The notes: generated from the sequence alone by a model not told the origin. A stretch of DNA of 64,000 nt from Eledone cirrhosa (GCA_964016885.1 OZ024746.1:27528001-27592000); one strand, 5' to 3'. Shown: positions 13,991 through 29,028, numbered from the stretch's first letter. A program made the numbers and translations.

Positions 13991-14236
13991 TATAGAGATA
14001 CTGTTTACACTAGAGAGAATATTTACAACTTCATAATATGTTTGTAAGGAATACACAAAGGTGTGTTGCATGTAAATATTTCGGAGCAAAAAAAAACACA
14101 AAAAAACAAACAAAAAAAAACTGTTCAGAACATGGTGGCAGTATACAAAGAATTCACGTGTCATCTTTTATCCAACAAACTAGATAATTTGGTACGGCTC
14201 TGGTACAAAAGATGCCGGAAAATCGGTGGTGCAGCT

Positions 14237-14302
<66 letters not shown>

Positions 14303-14335
14303 GCACGCACGCACGCACACACACACGCACACACA

Positions 14336-14389
<54 letters not shown>

Positions 14390-15779
14390 CACACACACTC
14401 ACTCACTCACTCACACACAGACACACACACACATATATATATATATATAGAGAGAGAGATATATGCTAGAGATAGTGTGTGTAGCTGTTGAATACATCAC
14501 ATGAAATAACATTAGTTGCAAGAATCCATGAAAGAAACAATTAAGTGAAACAGGCAAACAGTATAACGCCATGTTGACATGACAGAAGAACGGTTGTTAG
14601 AGTTCCATCTAAGCTTCAGAGTAAAAAAAAAAAAAAAAATCACTGAAAACAATGAACATGCTGTCAATAGAGTAGAAAGAGAAAGAAAATAAAAAATTCC
14701 TGTGTAAACATGGCGGATTATTGTAACGTAAATCAGGGTGTTTTCAGGTGGTGATTTGTAAATGGGGAAAAAATTTCAAAGGTAAAACAGGGAGGGGAGG
14801 TGTGTAAAAGAGGATAAAAAAGAATAAATTGATACTTTCCAGGCTGTGAATTTGAGAATCGTTAACAATTAGTAGAAACAACAAGAACATTAAGAATTGA
14901 GTGGTTAAGCGGAGTAGGAAATAGTTTGAACTGCGATAATTGATTCAGAGAAGATACAAAAGCATTGATCGGTAAATTGTATTCCATATCTTTTTGTTTG
15001 GTTGTCTAATATAAAAGAAAGAAGGTTGGATTTGAAGGTACGCATGCGCGAGCACAAACATATAAAAACGCATGCATAATCATACATAACACACACATTC
15101 ATTTATAAGCGTGGCGATACAAACAAAAAATGAAAGCTTATATATATATATACATATATATATATAAGCTTTCTTTTTTTTTTATATATAATGAAAAATA
15201 AAAGTTACGGGCGTAAGAGCGAGTATCCGTCATCAGTTGTCTAATAGGAATCATAGGGAGAGAGTGAAAGTAAGAGGAATCATTGGTATTTCTTCGCGTT
15301 AGAGACAATATACCTTAGCCTAGGGCGAAACAATAACTAAAATAAGTTATTGGGATAAAAGAAAGGGAGGGGGCTGAGAAAACATGTAAACAGACACGAA
15401 GGGTGAAGCAACGTAAAGAGAGGAAAAATAGGAAACATATCAAGTCAACAACTCATTTCGAATATAAGATCGGGCGAATTTTGACGAGAAAAGACACGTC
15501 TTAGCCGTAGCAGTGTTAGCGAGAGAAGAGGCTGTGAACAGAGGAAGTGAGCTAGCACGGAGAGAGGGAGAGAGTGAAAGTAAGAGGAAGCGATACAGAC
15601 ACATAGACACACTCACACTCTCGCACACACAGATTTATGTATGTATATATATATATTTATATATATAAATGAGGTAAATATCTCACTGAGTACTAAGTAC
15701 CCATAGAGATATATAGGGTGTCTATAATATAATTGTTGTTCTATGGTACTAATTCGAAATACCAGAACTATAAATATTG

Positions 15780-16141
15780 ATGAGCAGAACAAACAAACAT
15801 TAAACAATTCTTTAAATAAATTAAAAAATGATTCAAATGCTATTACCGGCAAAGCCATCAGTCTGTAATATTCCCGCTTTCACTAGCGACCGGTTCACGT
15901 GTGGGTCACTTTAACGGCCATAACTCATACGAACTGGTAGTTGGCATTATATTTGCAGACCGTGGGACTTATGTCCTATAGCATGGAAATAGCTATCTGA
16001 TGAAATTTACTTTCCGTTGGAAATTCTCTGAATTTCTAATCTTTTGTAAATGGAAACCGTCGGTAATAGCATTATGAACAGGTAGATATTTGATTCATTT
16101 TTTAATTTATTTAAAGGAGTGTTTAATGTTTGTTTGTTCTG

Positions 16142-16146
<5 letters not shown>
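15780..16146 (+). mobile_element. Inverted-arm non-coding insert (Penelope pLTR-like) ending in (TA)n
   Basis: Left arm atgagcagaacaaacaaacattaaac...aatgctattaccg is the imperfect reverse complement of 16060-16146. Contains a hammerhead. Confidence 0.7.
15992..16070 (+). ncRNA. Type I hammerhead ribozyme
   Basis: gctat-CTGATGA-a-atttac..gtaaat-g-GAAA-ccgtcgg-TA-atagc. Stem I gctat/atagc is perfect, stem II atttac/gtaaat, stem III ccg/cgg. Confidence 0.82.
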
Positions 16147-16198
<52 letters not shown>

Positions 16199-16229
16199 GC
16201 GTGTGTGTATGTAAGGCTTTTATATATGT

Positions 16230-16515
16230 ACGACTGGATCTCTCGAAAGGCACCCAAACAATGCCAGTCTGAAGTGGTAATCCCAATTTTCCAAACAGGA
16301 GACAAGAAAGATTAATCCAATTATAGAGGAATCTTCTCTTTAAGCCTCTCCGTCTCTGGCAAAAAAGATGTTGGGATATTGCCGAGTCCAAGCTAACTAA
16401 CCAAAGTGTGGTTTTCGCCCTGCACGCACACGGCGGCAAGTCTTTCAGAAATCGTGGGAGTACTGCTAAGAGGAGTATACATGTTTCATAGACCCCGAAA
16501 AAGCATATTACAGGC
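16230..16515 (+). pseudogene. Degraded RTE-like LINE RT fragment
   Basis: VIPIFQTGDKKD*SNYRGI, CGFRP and F.D.EKAY.R motifs across frameshifts. Confidence 0.65.
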
Positions 16516-17219
16516 GCGCGCGCGTGTGTGTGTGTGTGTGTGTGTGAGTGTGTGTGTGTTTACGTGTTTGTGCCTTTATATACGTCTGTATATAAATACG
16601 AGAGTCGGAGAGTCGGTTGAAAAGGCTATGAAGGAGTGATACGTTAATTTCAACTATTATTTATAGCTGCATTGTTTCTTTCCATGGATTATGTTGAAAA
16701 ATAAACCTTGTTTGGTCATTCCATCTTGGGCAGCCTATTAACATTTTAGCCGACACTCGTATACTTAATAATTGAGCGAAATTCGTGCAACTGTTTTTTA
16801 AAGGCACAAGAAACAATTTGAAGAAGTGACTGTCTTCAATGGATTCATCAACAATAACTGTTTAAGATTATTCTAGTATAAATGACAACATATTAGAGGT
16901 GTATAGATCAAAATGGTGGTTAAAGAAACATTCATTATGATAATGATAAATTTTGGTGAGCGTTCCTTTTCTAGAATTCCAGTTAATACGGAATAAACTT
17001 GCTTACACTCACGTTAAATAATGTAATCAATATGTTAACAGAGGAGAATAAATACATATATATATAGTCATATAAAAATACATTTATATAGTCTAACATA
17101 TATAGTCTAATGTTAGACTATATATATGTATTTATATCTGTATATTTGACCGTTGGTCAGTCAGCGATAAACATTGATGGCCGAATGAATTAACTATGGA
17201 GATATAAAAGATACAGAAG

Positions 17220-17427
17220 TGAAAACCAACCAAACAGTGAGTGTGTTTTGTTATTATTTCTGGCAATATTTTTACAACAATATGAATTTGTTTTGCAAGG
17301 TTTTTGATATGAAATCGCGTGTCGAAACAAATATTGTTATAATTGAGGGGGGGGGGGGGGGTCATATTGTTGTAAAAATATTGCCAGAAATAATAACAAA
17401 ACACACTTACTGTTTGGTTGGTTTTCA
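17220..17427. repeat. Inverted repeat: 66-bp arms (1 mismatch), 76-bp spacer with a G-run
   Basis: 17220-17285 is the reverse complement of 17362-17427. Confidence 0.9.
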
Positions 17428-17460
17428 TATATATAGTGAAAGAGAGAAAGAGTGAAAGAG

Positions 17461-17880
17461 GGAAAGAATGAAGAATAACAGGGTCAATAGTACAAAAAGG
17501 GATTTATTTACAGTATTAACAATTGTTTCATTGATTAGGGTGTCTAAAGAATCATTCTGATGATTTGATTAGGCATACATTGTAATTAAGATTGAGTGGC
17601 ACAACTTCAAGTGATTAGAAATATTTAGAGACCCTAATCAATGAAACAATTGTTAATACTGTAAATAAATCCCTTTTTGTACTGTTGACCATGTTATTTT
17701 CACTCTTTCATTAATATTACTCTAAGATTAACCTGCATAGGAATTCCCAGGAACTCGCCACCTAACTAAGGAAACCTCTTGTTGAGTCAAACAACGCTGT
17801 ACGTTAAAAGTACTCTCAATACAGAGTACTCACAACGTTTAACTGGATTACCTATAAATATAATTTGTTATCCCATATAT
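17461..17880 (+). mobile_element. Inverted-arm insert with hammerhead and ~170-bp tail ending ttatccca-(TA)n
   Basis: About 17474-17548 is the reverse complement of about 17624-17700. The tail is related to 48716-48958 on the minus strand (gttgagtcaaac; ttatcccatata). Confidence 0.75.
17554..17657 (+). ncRNA. Type I hammerhead ribozyme (long loop II)
   Basis: att-CTGATGA-t-ttgattagg..cctaatcaa-t-GAAA-caattg-TT-aat. 9-bp stem II, palindromic stem III, short stem I. Confidence 0.75.
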
Positions 17881-17907
17881 ATATATATTAAACGATAATT
17901 TGTTATC

Positions 17908-18010
<103 letters not shown>

Positions 18011-18046
18011 TACACATACATATATATATATATACATATATATATT

Positions 18047-18510
18047 GGATCCAACAAAAATCAATATGACACGATATGCCTGTGTACGAGAGATGTAATA
18101 AACTATTTCTTCCTCTTCGTCCACGTGTCCTGTCAGAAGCAACCGTCTCCAATTGATCTGGCTGGATCTCAAAGTGCGACCAGCCGAGCTCACGGGTGTT
18201 ATCCAACCACATTTCTCGTGATCTTCATGTCGGTAAGATTTGTGCACATATAATCTGTCCAGCGATTCTTTTCTTAGACGTTTTAAACACATATCCGTTG
18301 TAGCGTCTCTATCTGGAGCGATTCGCTGGTATCCGAGCGGTGCACTCTATCAAGTAAAGGTTATCCCAAGTACCCTTCGGTGGAGGAACCCCATTTCGGC
18401 TGTTTGTAGTCACGATCGTATTCTTTCACTGAATTTACTTATTTTGCATATGTTATTATCTCACGACCGAAGTTTTAATGAGATTCATGTTTAATACCAA
18501 ATTCCTTAAG
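18047..18510 (-). mobile_element. Probable LINE 3'-end fragment; its end also occurs at about 2938-3015
   Basis: ggatccaacaaaaatca..gatatgcctgtgtac..gatgtaataaactatttcttc is shared with 2938-3015. Higher-GC degenerate coding-like sequence. Confidence 0.45.
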
Positions 18511-18709
18511 ATTATTCTCAAATTAGAACAACTAAACAAACACATAACCCCCCCCCCCCCTACACACATTAACGATGGCGTTTAAGCGAGGTTTTTCACC
18601 AATTCTATTCCTCCCATTTATTTTTCCACTCTTTCCTGTCGAAACATGTGTTAGAAGAATAAATTATATTAACACTATTTCACCTTGGATATTCATCAAT
18701 TTTATATAA

Positions 18710-18857
<148 letters not shown>

Positions 18858-19254
18858 GCGTATGTGTGTATATATATATGTGTGTGTGCATATATATATA
18901 TATATATATACGTATGTGAGTGTTCATGTGTATGTGTGTGTGTATGTGTGTGTGTGTGCGTGTGTGCGTGTGTGTATGTGTGATATTTTTTTTCTAGACT
19001 CCAGTTTTATTTTACTAACAAATATCTGAGATAATTATTTTTCAGTCACTGTGTGTATTTTACAGCTTGAAGTGTTTCCAAATGAAAACCTGAAACTAAT
19101 AAGTAAAATAAATAAATAACTAACTAAATACATAAAGAAATAAAGAAATAAAGAAATAAAGAAATAAAGAAATAAAACAAAAAAATTATGAAACAAAATA
19201 ATAATAATAGTGATGATGATGAGGTGGATGAGGATGATGATACAGATGATGATA

Positions 19255-19295
<41 letters not shown>

Positions 19296-19416
19296 GATGG
19301 TGATGGAGGGCGAGGAGAAGGAGAATGGAGAAGTCGGTGAATCCGAAGAAGACGAAAAATAGGATAAGATTAAAAATAATTACAATAAAAAAAACAACAA
19401 CGGCAGCAGCAACAGC

Positions 19417-19451
<35 letters not shown>

Positions 19452-19644
19452 CCGTAACAAGAACATAAAATATAACAATTGTGAGATAAAAAAGTAAAGA
19501 AAGAAAAAATAAAAGGAAAGAAAAGAGAGTAGTATGTTAGACGGGGAAAGGAATAGATCGGTGTGGTGTAGTGTATGACAGGGGAGGTAAGTCATCAGAA
19601 TGAGGAGATATAGGGAACAACTTTCTCTTGCTAGACACGAGGGA

Positions 19645-19758
19645 AAAAATAAATGTAAACATTAATAAAAACAAAATAAATGTGAACATTAATAAAAACA
19701 AAATAAATGTAAACATTAATAAAAACAAAATAAATGTAAACATTAATAAAAACAAAAC
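19645..19758. repeat. 27-bp tandem repeat (about 4 units)
   Basis: Unit aaaataaatgtaaacattaataaaaac. Confidence 0.9.
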
Positions 19759-20047
19759 CTTCGAAAAACAAAAAATATATATATATAAGACATACATGAG
19801 ATAGTGTTTGGTTTGCTACTAATTCCAGTTTCGTATTGTTATATTGGTATTTTCTTTTAATTTAAGTATTTTTGTTTTGTCTTTGTATGTTTTTTTTTAG
19901 TGTTTTTCGTTTATTTCTTTATTTATGTTTTGCTTTCTTCGTCTCCATTTTGAATACTTGAATACTTACAGCAGCTTTTGTTGAATGAAAAGAAAATAAT
20001 CTCCCTAGACTACATTATATATGAATATATGTATGTATGTATGTAAT

Positions 20048-20081
<34 letters not shown>

Positions 20082-20467
20082 TGTATGTATGTATGTATTA
20101 TGTGTGTGTGTGTAAGTATATGTATGTGTGTATGTATGGATGCACGTATGTATATATGTATGTAGGCATGTATTTATGTATGTATATATATGTATGTATG
20201 TATAAATATCTATAAACACACACATATATATAGACACATTTATACACACATATATTTGCATATGTATATATACATTTACATACGTCGCATGCGCGTGAGT
20301 TATAGTGTATACACTTGTATGCCGGTGTTTATGAGAATGACTTGGTGTAAATTGTATTAGTACTCCAATACATTTTCTATGTATATTTATATTGGTGACT
20401 ATAAATGTATGCACCAGTGAATATCTTTAAGTGTATGTGTTGGTGACTATTATTTTTTAATGCTTGC

Positions 20468-20542
<75 letters not shown>

Positions 20543-22645
20543 TCTCTCGTCTGTTGCATTCGAAACCTAACAGAACGAACTTTTGATGGGAGATATATAA
20601 TGTGTTAGTGTACAAAAACCAGGTAACACGAGACAGTTTTCCATTTGTTTTTCTGTCTTTTTTCTTTATCTCTCTTACTAAAGGTCAGAATGAAAAGAAA
20701 AACATACAGCAGTAGAAATATATGTATAGATAAATAAAAATATAACAGGTTGGAGAATACCATTATCGCAATTATTTGTAGTTGCAGTGAGAGTTGAAAA
20801 GTTAAATATATATTGTAGTTATAGAACAGAAGTTAAATATATTACCATGAATATATAGTTCAAGAAAAAGTTGTCACCGATCAACATTCTAATCATTTTA
20901 TTTATTTCACACCGATGAAATATTTTCAGAGGAAATAACCACAATGTATGTTATCTGATGAGGTTTTCCAATCTATCATGTTTTTCTGCCCTGTTATAAA
21001 TCGGATGTTCGGTGCTTTAATAGATTTGTGTCGACGAAAAGGTAAAACCAAATCTTGAATATATCTCTGAAATATTAGTTATACATGTAGGATTATGAGG
21101 TGTAATATATTCAGCATTGATGCAGCATAGCCGATTGGTTAAGATTGTTTGTTTACGGCCATAAGATCTTGGGTTCTACCTCGTTCTGTTGCATCTTAGG
21201 AAATTGTTACTGATCACAACCGCGGGTCGGCCAAAGCCTTGTGAAGGAAGGGTGCAGGAAAACAGTTCCAATGCTTGCCTGATGAACTGTACCTGTAATT
21301 CAAGGTGTTAGCCATGTCACTTGCTCTTCACGTTGAATTGTACTCAGAATTACGTTAAAGGTACAGGTGTCCATGGAATGAGCTGTGTGAATGAAGAATT
21401 ACAGGTGGCTGGAGGCTGTCTAACAAAAAGAAGGATCTTCTCATACTTATTCTAAAAGTTTGATGCGTTCCCTACTGGTTACATTGATTTAGCCTCCAAT
21501 ATCCCAAGTTTGCATTTTGCACGTATTTATAATGTAGTGTAAGCAGGGTATATTGCCATATTCTTAAATCCAGAAATCGACGTTAAAATGACGTAAAATA
21601 ATTTGCGAATCAAAAATCTCTTACATTAGAAAGAAAGCATTCGCACGCATGCCAAACACGTAACATTTTAGCAGCTATGAATTTCCTTTCAAAGTATTTT
21701 CTCATTATGCACCGTTTTGGCTATATTAAATTACAGAGAAGACACAATCACAGAGTTTTAGTAGTATATAGATAACATAATATCATATAATATCATAGGA
21801 ATTTAGATCGTTACAATATTATAATGCATAGAGGCATCGAATATTTCAATCATATCACTCACGGAAATTGTTCAATGGTAACAGGTGTGAAAACTGAAAT
21901 CAGAACGAGCCCATTACGATACAGTTGTGAAGTGACCGCACCCAAATTGAACATATTAGGCCGAATAAATATCTAAAAAATTCAACATGGAAACGTTAAC
22001 AAAATTACATTTTAATACAAAATTTGTAATTGCAAATTTTAAAAGTTGCTAATTAACATTTAAGCTCTAACAGTACTCCCAAAGGATCTCATTGGCAGAC
22101 ATAGTCCTAAAAACTAGCAACCGAAAGACTTCTCCATAGAAAAGCAAAGTCAACGGTAGCAATGTGTTTTTGGTCTATGAAGACAGGCACTGTAATTTTA
22201 TAATAGCATGACGAGCAGGTTTTGTGGTATATTAGCGTTAGGATGCTAAAAATAGAACTAATTCTCTCAACCAACAAAGCACTCAACCGATAAATCAAAT
22301 TATCGGGAGCAAAATATAATAGAAATGTAGATCGCTACAATACATTAATGCATTGAAGCATCGTATATTATTTCGATCTTGACGCTCACGGATCTTGCTC
22401 AATAATAACAGGTATGAAGTTATTACGATACAGGCATGAAGCAAACACCCAAATAGAAGATATCAGGGTGAATATATATATATGTGTTATCGTATATCGA
22501 TCTCTCTCGTCAAATTTACATTCACGAATACTTATATAGAAATACTACGCAGCTACGCATAAGTCATGTATACGTAGACACATACATACATACATACATA
22601 CATACATACATACATACATACATACATACATGCACACACACATAC

Positions 22646-23203
22646 ATGGTGGCTGCCAACTCGTTTTCGAGTACGGCCACTACTTTATATCCATGTAGGA
22701 GAACCCCTACCGATGCGCTGAACGAGTGTGACTTTTTAGTCCAGCCAGCGACTTGAAAACTCTGGTACAAACACTACACTTGTGACAATTATTGAAACAT
22801 AGTGCTGGGCTCATGGTACCATGTGACGACAAGTGCAGGGAGATCTCCAGATATAAAGCAATGCCTGTGCCGTGAAGCTTTTATAGTGAGCAAAGGCACT
22901 GCACAAAGCCAGTCCCACTCTCTTAACCAAGATGATATTAACCAAAAAGAAGAACAAGTCAACATCATTGGATACCATCAGAGTTGCAGGTGTTATATCA
23001 GAGTTTTCCTTCTCCTAGAATTCTGCCTTGACAAAGGCTAAGGGGTCATCACTCCCGGAGATTTTGGATGGCGATTGACTGATAAGAGCTCTTTTGCCCT
23101 TTGACAGGTTTTGTTTTTAGTCCTGCAGGATGTCCAAAGTCACCCTCCTCACCAAGAAACCTTGGTAGGGTTGCCAGTTTAGTCGCTAACGACCCGACCC
23201 GAC
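22646..23203 (-). mobile_element. ~610-bp non-coding retroposon, copy 1 (5' truncated)
   Basis: Near-identical reverse complement of 26017-26627. Embedded in (CATA)n. Confidence 0.9.
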
Positions 23204-23429
23204 ACATACATACATACACAATACATACATACATACATACATACATACATACACACATACATACATACATACATACATACATACATACATACATACATAC
23301 ATACATACATACATACATACATACATACATACATACTAAAAAAAGAAAAATAGAATATCAACAATGTTTCAGGTTGATCAAAAATACAATCAACCAGCTA
23401 GGAAGCCAACTATCCTGTCAACGAACCAA

Positions 23430-25012
23430 ACAGCCAAACAACCAACCATACACCAGTCAACCATCCAACCATCCAACCATCCATCCAAACAGCCCACCAT
23501 CTCACCAGCCAACTAACCACCCAACCACCCAAACAGCCAACGAAAAATCGAACCGCCCAACCAATCATCCTACCATTTCATCAAACATCCCACCATCCAG
23601 CCACCCCAAGCAACCAACCAAGCAACCTTCCAATCATCCACCCAACCAGCCCACCATGTAACCAGCCAACTAACCATCCAAACAACCCATCATCTAACCA
23701 GCCAATTAACTATCCAACCATCCAAACAGCCAACCAACAATCCAACCAACCAACCATCCAACCATCCCACTATCATCAAACCTCCGTCCAACCAGCCACT
23801 CACGCAACCAACAATCCTACCATCCAACCAACCATCCAAACATCCAGCAAACCAACCAACCAACCAACCAGCCAACCAACCAACCATCCAACCATCCAAT
23901 CAACCAACCAACAATCCAACCAACCAACCAACCAACCAACCAACCAACCAACCAACCAACCAACCAACCAACCAACCAACCAACCAACCAACCAACCAAC
24001 AAACCAACCAACCAACCAACCAACCAACCATCCAACCATCCAGCAAACCAACCAACCAACCATCCAACCAACCATCCAACCAACCAGCCATCCAGCAAAC
24101 CAACCAACCAACCAACCAACCAGCCAACCAACCAACAATCCAACCATCCAACCATCCAGCAAACCAACCAATCAACCAACCATCCAAACAACCATCCAAC
24201 CAACCAACCAACCAACCAACCAACCAACCAACCAGCCAACTAACCAACAATCCAACCATCCAACCAACCATCCAACCAACCATCCAACCAACCAACCAAC
24301 CAACCAACCAACCAACCAACCAACCAACCAACCAACCAACCAACCAGCCAACCAACCAACCAACCAACAATCCAACCATCCAACCATCCAACCACCCAAC
24401 CAACAAACCAACTAGCCACTCAACCAACCAACAATCCAACCATCAAACCAACCAACCAACCAACCAACCAACCAACCAACCAACCAACCAACCAACCAAC
24501 CAACCAACCAACCAACCAACCAACCAACCAACCAGCCATCCAACCAACCATCCAACCATCCAACCATCCAACCACCCAACCAACCAACCAACCAACCAAC
24601 CAGCCGACCAACCAACAATCCAGCCATCCAACCAACCATCCAACCATCCAACCATCCAACCACCCAACCGACCAACCATCCAACCATCCAACCATCCAAC
24701 CATCCAACCAACCAACCATCCAACCATCCAACCACCCAACCAACAAACCAACTAGCCACTCAACCAACCAACAATCCAACCATCCAACCAACCAACCACC
24801 CAAACATCCAGCAAACCAACCATCCAACCATCCTACAATCTAACCCGCAAACAATTCAACCAATCAACCTAAAAACCATCGAAACAATCAACCTGCCAGG
24901 AAGCCAACCAGCAAGCCAACAAGCCAACCAGCCTGTCAACAAGCCAACCACCATCCAAACCAACCAACCAGCCAGCCAGCCAGCCAGCCAAACACCCAGC
25001 CAACACACCAGC
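23430..25012. repeat. Compound (CCAA)n/(CCAT)n tetranucleotide tract, about 1.6 kb
   Basis: Directly visible. Source of the spurious GWLV ORFs. Confidence 0.95.
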
Positions 25013-25582
25013 CCTATTATTATCTTCTTATTTCCAATTTCTTCGTTCCAGTTCCATCTATAGAAACTTCGCAACAGAATGTAGATTCGTTAATGAATAT
25101 CCTTAAGATATAGAATTTAGAACGCGAGAAACTGAAAGACAATAATTTCAACGATAGAACAGAAATTTTATATATTTCATTTGCTGGGATTTAATATGGT
25201 AATACATCACCTGATCTCAGAGTAGGGAGAAGTAATCGGATGTGAATCAATTTTGATCTTATTTTCTTTCAGTTTATCATGCAGCCTGAGGATATGTAAT
25301 TGAAGGTTTAAAGATGAAAAAAAAACAAAACAATACATATAAAATAAGACGTCGGTATGTGAGCTGGTGAATGGAGTGGATGGATGTAGGTTGTTCAGCC
25401 ATATTGATAATGACAGCTGCTGCATGTAGTAAGAGGAGGAATTCAACGGCTGAGATATAATCATTTCCTCCACGTAAATGAATGCATTTCTTTGTGTATG
25501 GCATATACATACATACATACATACATACATACACACACGTATATATACATACACACATGTATATATATATATATACATACAT

Positions 25583-25624
<42 letters not shown>

Positions 25625-25688
25625 GATAGATAAATAAATAAATACTTACATACATACACATATACATGCATATATATATATATATATA

Positions 25689-25738
25689 TTTCTAATGAAT
25701 GAAACAGTTCTAGTCCTGTAGAATCTCATCTATATTAA

Positions 25739-25742
<4 letters not shown>
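25689..25742 (+). mobile_element. 54-bp truncated copy of the 36425 palindrome family, between (TA)n runs
   Basis: tttctaatgaatgaaacagttctagtcctgtagaatctcatctatattaaaact matches 36507-36560. Confidence 0.85.
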
Positions 25743-25781
<39 letters not shown>

Positions 25782-25871
25782 TGTATATATTATATATGTG
25801 TGTGAGTGTGTGTGACTTTGTGTGAGTATTTGTATATATATATCATATACATATATATATACAACTATAAA

Positions 25872-25926
<55 letters not shown>

Positions 25927-25930
<4 letters not shown>

Positions 25931-26002
25931 AAAGTTCTATTTAAAGTTGTTGGGATACAACAAGTAAATATTTTTATAACTGATATAAAGCACTCGACAA
26001 AT
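25927..26002 (-). mobile_element. 3' tail fragment of the 47350/53300 hammerhead family
   Basis: gttgggatacaacaagtaaatatttttataactgatataaagcactcgacaa matches 53321-53372. Confidence 0.85.
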
Positions 26003-26016
26003 ATATATATATATTA

Positions 26017-26623
26017 TGTCAGGTCACCAGTTGGTGCTACTGGTAACATGTATCCCAGTACAACCTGTCTTATCGTCGGGTCGTTGGCGACTAAACTGGC
26101 AACACCACCAAGGTTTCTTGGTGAGGAGGGTGACTTTGGACATCCTGAAGGACTAAAACCAAGACCTGTCAAAGGGCAAAGGAGCTCTTAAGAGTCAATG
26201 GCCATCCAAAATCACCGGGAGAGATGACCCCTTAGCCTTTGTCAAGGCAGAATTCTAGGAGAAGAAAAACTCTGATATAACACCTGCAACTCTGATGGTA
26301 TCCAATGATGTTGACTTGTACTTCTTTTTGGTAAATATCATCTTGGTTAAGAGAGTGGGACTGGCTTTGTGCAGTGCCTTTGCTCACTATAAAAGCTTCA
26401 CGGCACAGGCATTGCTTTATATCTGGAGATCTCTCTGCACTTGTCGTCACATGGTACCATGGGCCCAGCACTATGTGTCAATAATTGTCACAAGTGTAGT
26501 GTTTGTACCAGAGTTTTCAAGTCGCTGGCTGGACTAAAAAGTCACACTCGTTCAGCGCATCGGTAGGGGTTCTCCTACACGGATATAAAGTAGTGGCCGT
26601 ACTCGAAAACGAGTTGGCAGCCA

Positions 26624-26627
<4 letters not shown>
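26017..26627 (+). mobile_element. ~610-bp non-coding retroposon, copy 2 (full length)
   Basis: Runs from tgtcaggtcaccag to gagttggcagccacc-(AT)n. Contains ctaggagaag(g/a)aaaactctg, which resembles an RTE 5' UTR motif. Confidence 0.9.
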
Positions 26628-26698
<71 letters not shown>

Positions 26699-26700
26699 AC

Positions 26701-26732
<32 letters not shown>

Positions 26733-27049
26733 TATATATACATATAAATATATACATAGAGAGAAATTGAGTTAAAACAAAAACTAAATGAATTCCACTG
26801 GTTCACAAAGAGTATATATTTCTTAAAGAAAGAAAACTTCCTTCTGATGGAATTGCAATGTGATGCATACGAATTGTCACGATGTTGCAGTTGATATCAG
26901 AATTGGTTGGATCAATATCTGCCCTACTGTGGTATTATTTGACCAGAGATCATTTAGTAATCCAAGGTAAGCTTGCATCACCAGCTTGGCAATAAATTTA
27001 CCCGTGTAAAAATCTGAAGCCGGTTAACATCCCTGGATATATATTATCT

Positions 27050-27455
27050 CTGGTAAGGTAATATCTCTATCAAGGGAAAATATCTAAGACCACGTAATTA
27101 CACATAGCAGGTAATATTACCCACTAGACCAGTTAATATCCCAGACCAGGTAATATCACAGAGCAGACCAGGTACAATCTAATACCTGGTAATACATAGT
27201 CCAGATAATATCTAAGACCAGATAATATAAAAAACCAAGTAATTTCAAAGTCCAGGTAATATCGCAGACCAGGTAACATCATAGACCAGGTAATATCATA
27301 GAGAGAGGTTAGGCGAGAGTTCCGTGTAGTAGATATAGAGAGAGGGGAGTTTGAGGTTAATTTATATAGAGAGTGGGGCTGGAAGAGCGTTCCACCGCCC
27401 CTGCATAGATCAGGTAATATCATAGACCAGGTAAAACCACAGACCAGAAAATATC
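27050..27455. repeat. Degenerate ~17-bp tandem repeat (agaccaggtaatatc core)
   Basis: The motif recurs about 15 times with divergence. Confidence 0.75.
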
Positions 27456-28800
27456 AGTTTTAGTTTCATTTTCAGTCTAAAGGAAATTAATATGCATTTC
27501 GAAGTATATGGTGTACCTAAACAAACATGACCACACCAAACTGCTGCATGATTTCTCATGTGAATCAAAATATATCGCTATATACTACTGAACATTAATT
27601 ATCACTGTTGAATCAGGTGTCTCTCTTCAAGTCAGTATAATTTTACTGCCAGGAATAATCAGATTGGCCTGTTCAACATAAAGCCTGTTTTGATGTCTTG
27701 ATGCACATTGTTGTTATTGCTGTTGTTGGATCTCCCTCGATTGCGATGGTGGGTGTTCCAGCTGTTTGATCAACAGAAGACCCTGCTCATGAAATTAAGG
27801 TGCAAGTAGCTGAGCATTCCTAAAACACGTGTACCCAGGGAATTTCCCCATCACATAGTGTTTGAGAAGACTATGCCTTTGTGTCCTCAAGGAGACACCA
27901 GCCGGATGGGAATCAAACTCATGTCCTTATGGTCGTGAGCCGAATACCCTAACCCCTAAGTCGCGCTGTTTCAAACTAGAAGTGGTAGAAAATTCTTAAT
28001 ACATAACAATTTAGGAGGAAGACGTGATTTAATTCTTCAGTGGCCAAGAATTGTGTATGTATGTTTGTGTGTGTGTGTGCGAGAGAGAGGTGGTTGGAGA
28101 AAAAGCGAGAGAGAGAAAGCGTTAGATAGATAGATAGAGAGAGAGAGGCAGAAAAATAAAGAAAGAGAAAGTGAGATAGAGATAGAGATAGAGATAGAAA
28201 AACGTAAAGAATGATGGGGATGATGACAATACGGCAATATAAGGAGTGTTAGTAGTGTTTAATATCCACCGTCACAGACAAAATGAAACATGTAATTACA
28301 TATAAATATAAATATAAAGCATTAATATATGTCTCAGTTTACGGGTATAGTATATTGATTACCCACTCCCAAAATATCATATATCTATTTATATAGCAAT
28401 ATGGCAACTACAAAGATATTTTATCCTATGACTATATGTTTAGGACTTAATAAAATGTACATAATATAATATTGCACAAGAGCTTATGTTCCTAAAGAAG
28501 ATGAAATTGCATAAGACAGCTTTCAAATCACTATGCATCTTTTATGCATCATGAAATAATAAACATAAGTAGTAAGATATATTCAGGCGAGTAGATCTCT
28601 CCACATATTTGATCTAACATGACTAGAACAGCTTAATAGGCAACAAAATGCAACAATTACGTCGGCCTAAACAAACTAAACAAAAACACACATCATCGCC
28701 CCACTTCACACACATACACACACGCCCGCCCGCACGCACGCACGCACACACACACACATACACACGCACACATATGTATATATATGGGAGACATTATTGT

Positions 28801-28976
28801 ATTGGCAGTAATGGTAGAGGGTCGGACGCCATGCTTTGACGCATAGAGTTACGGCTCTTGCCATTCTGAGTTCAAAACCCCGCTGAGGTTAACTTTGCTT
28901 TTCATCCTTACGGGGTCGATAAAATAAAGTACCAGTAATGCACTGAGTATTTGCTGGCCTTGTGCCAAACGGAAAC

Positions 28977-28981
<5 letters not shown>
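28801..28981 (+). mobile_element. Young SINE copy ending in (TA)n
   Basis: Same family as 11344-11526. Confidence 0.88.

Positions 28982-29028
<47 letters not shown>

Noticed and set aside
15124-15183. aaagctta-(TA)n-taagcttt inverted repeat
   Set aside because: Mostly self-complementary TA and A/T runs; too short to support an element.
23690-24827. Long GWLV/MVGW ORFs
   Set aside because: Translations of the (TTGG)n microsatellite.
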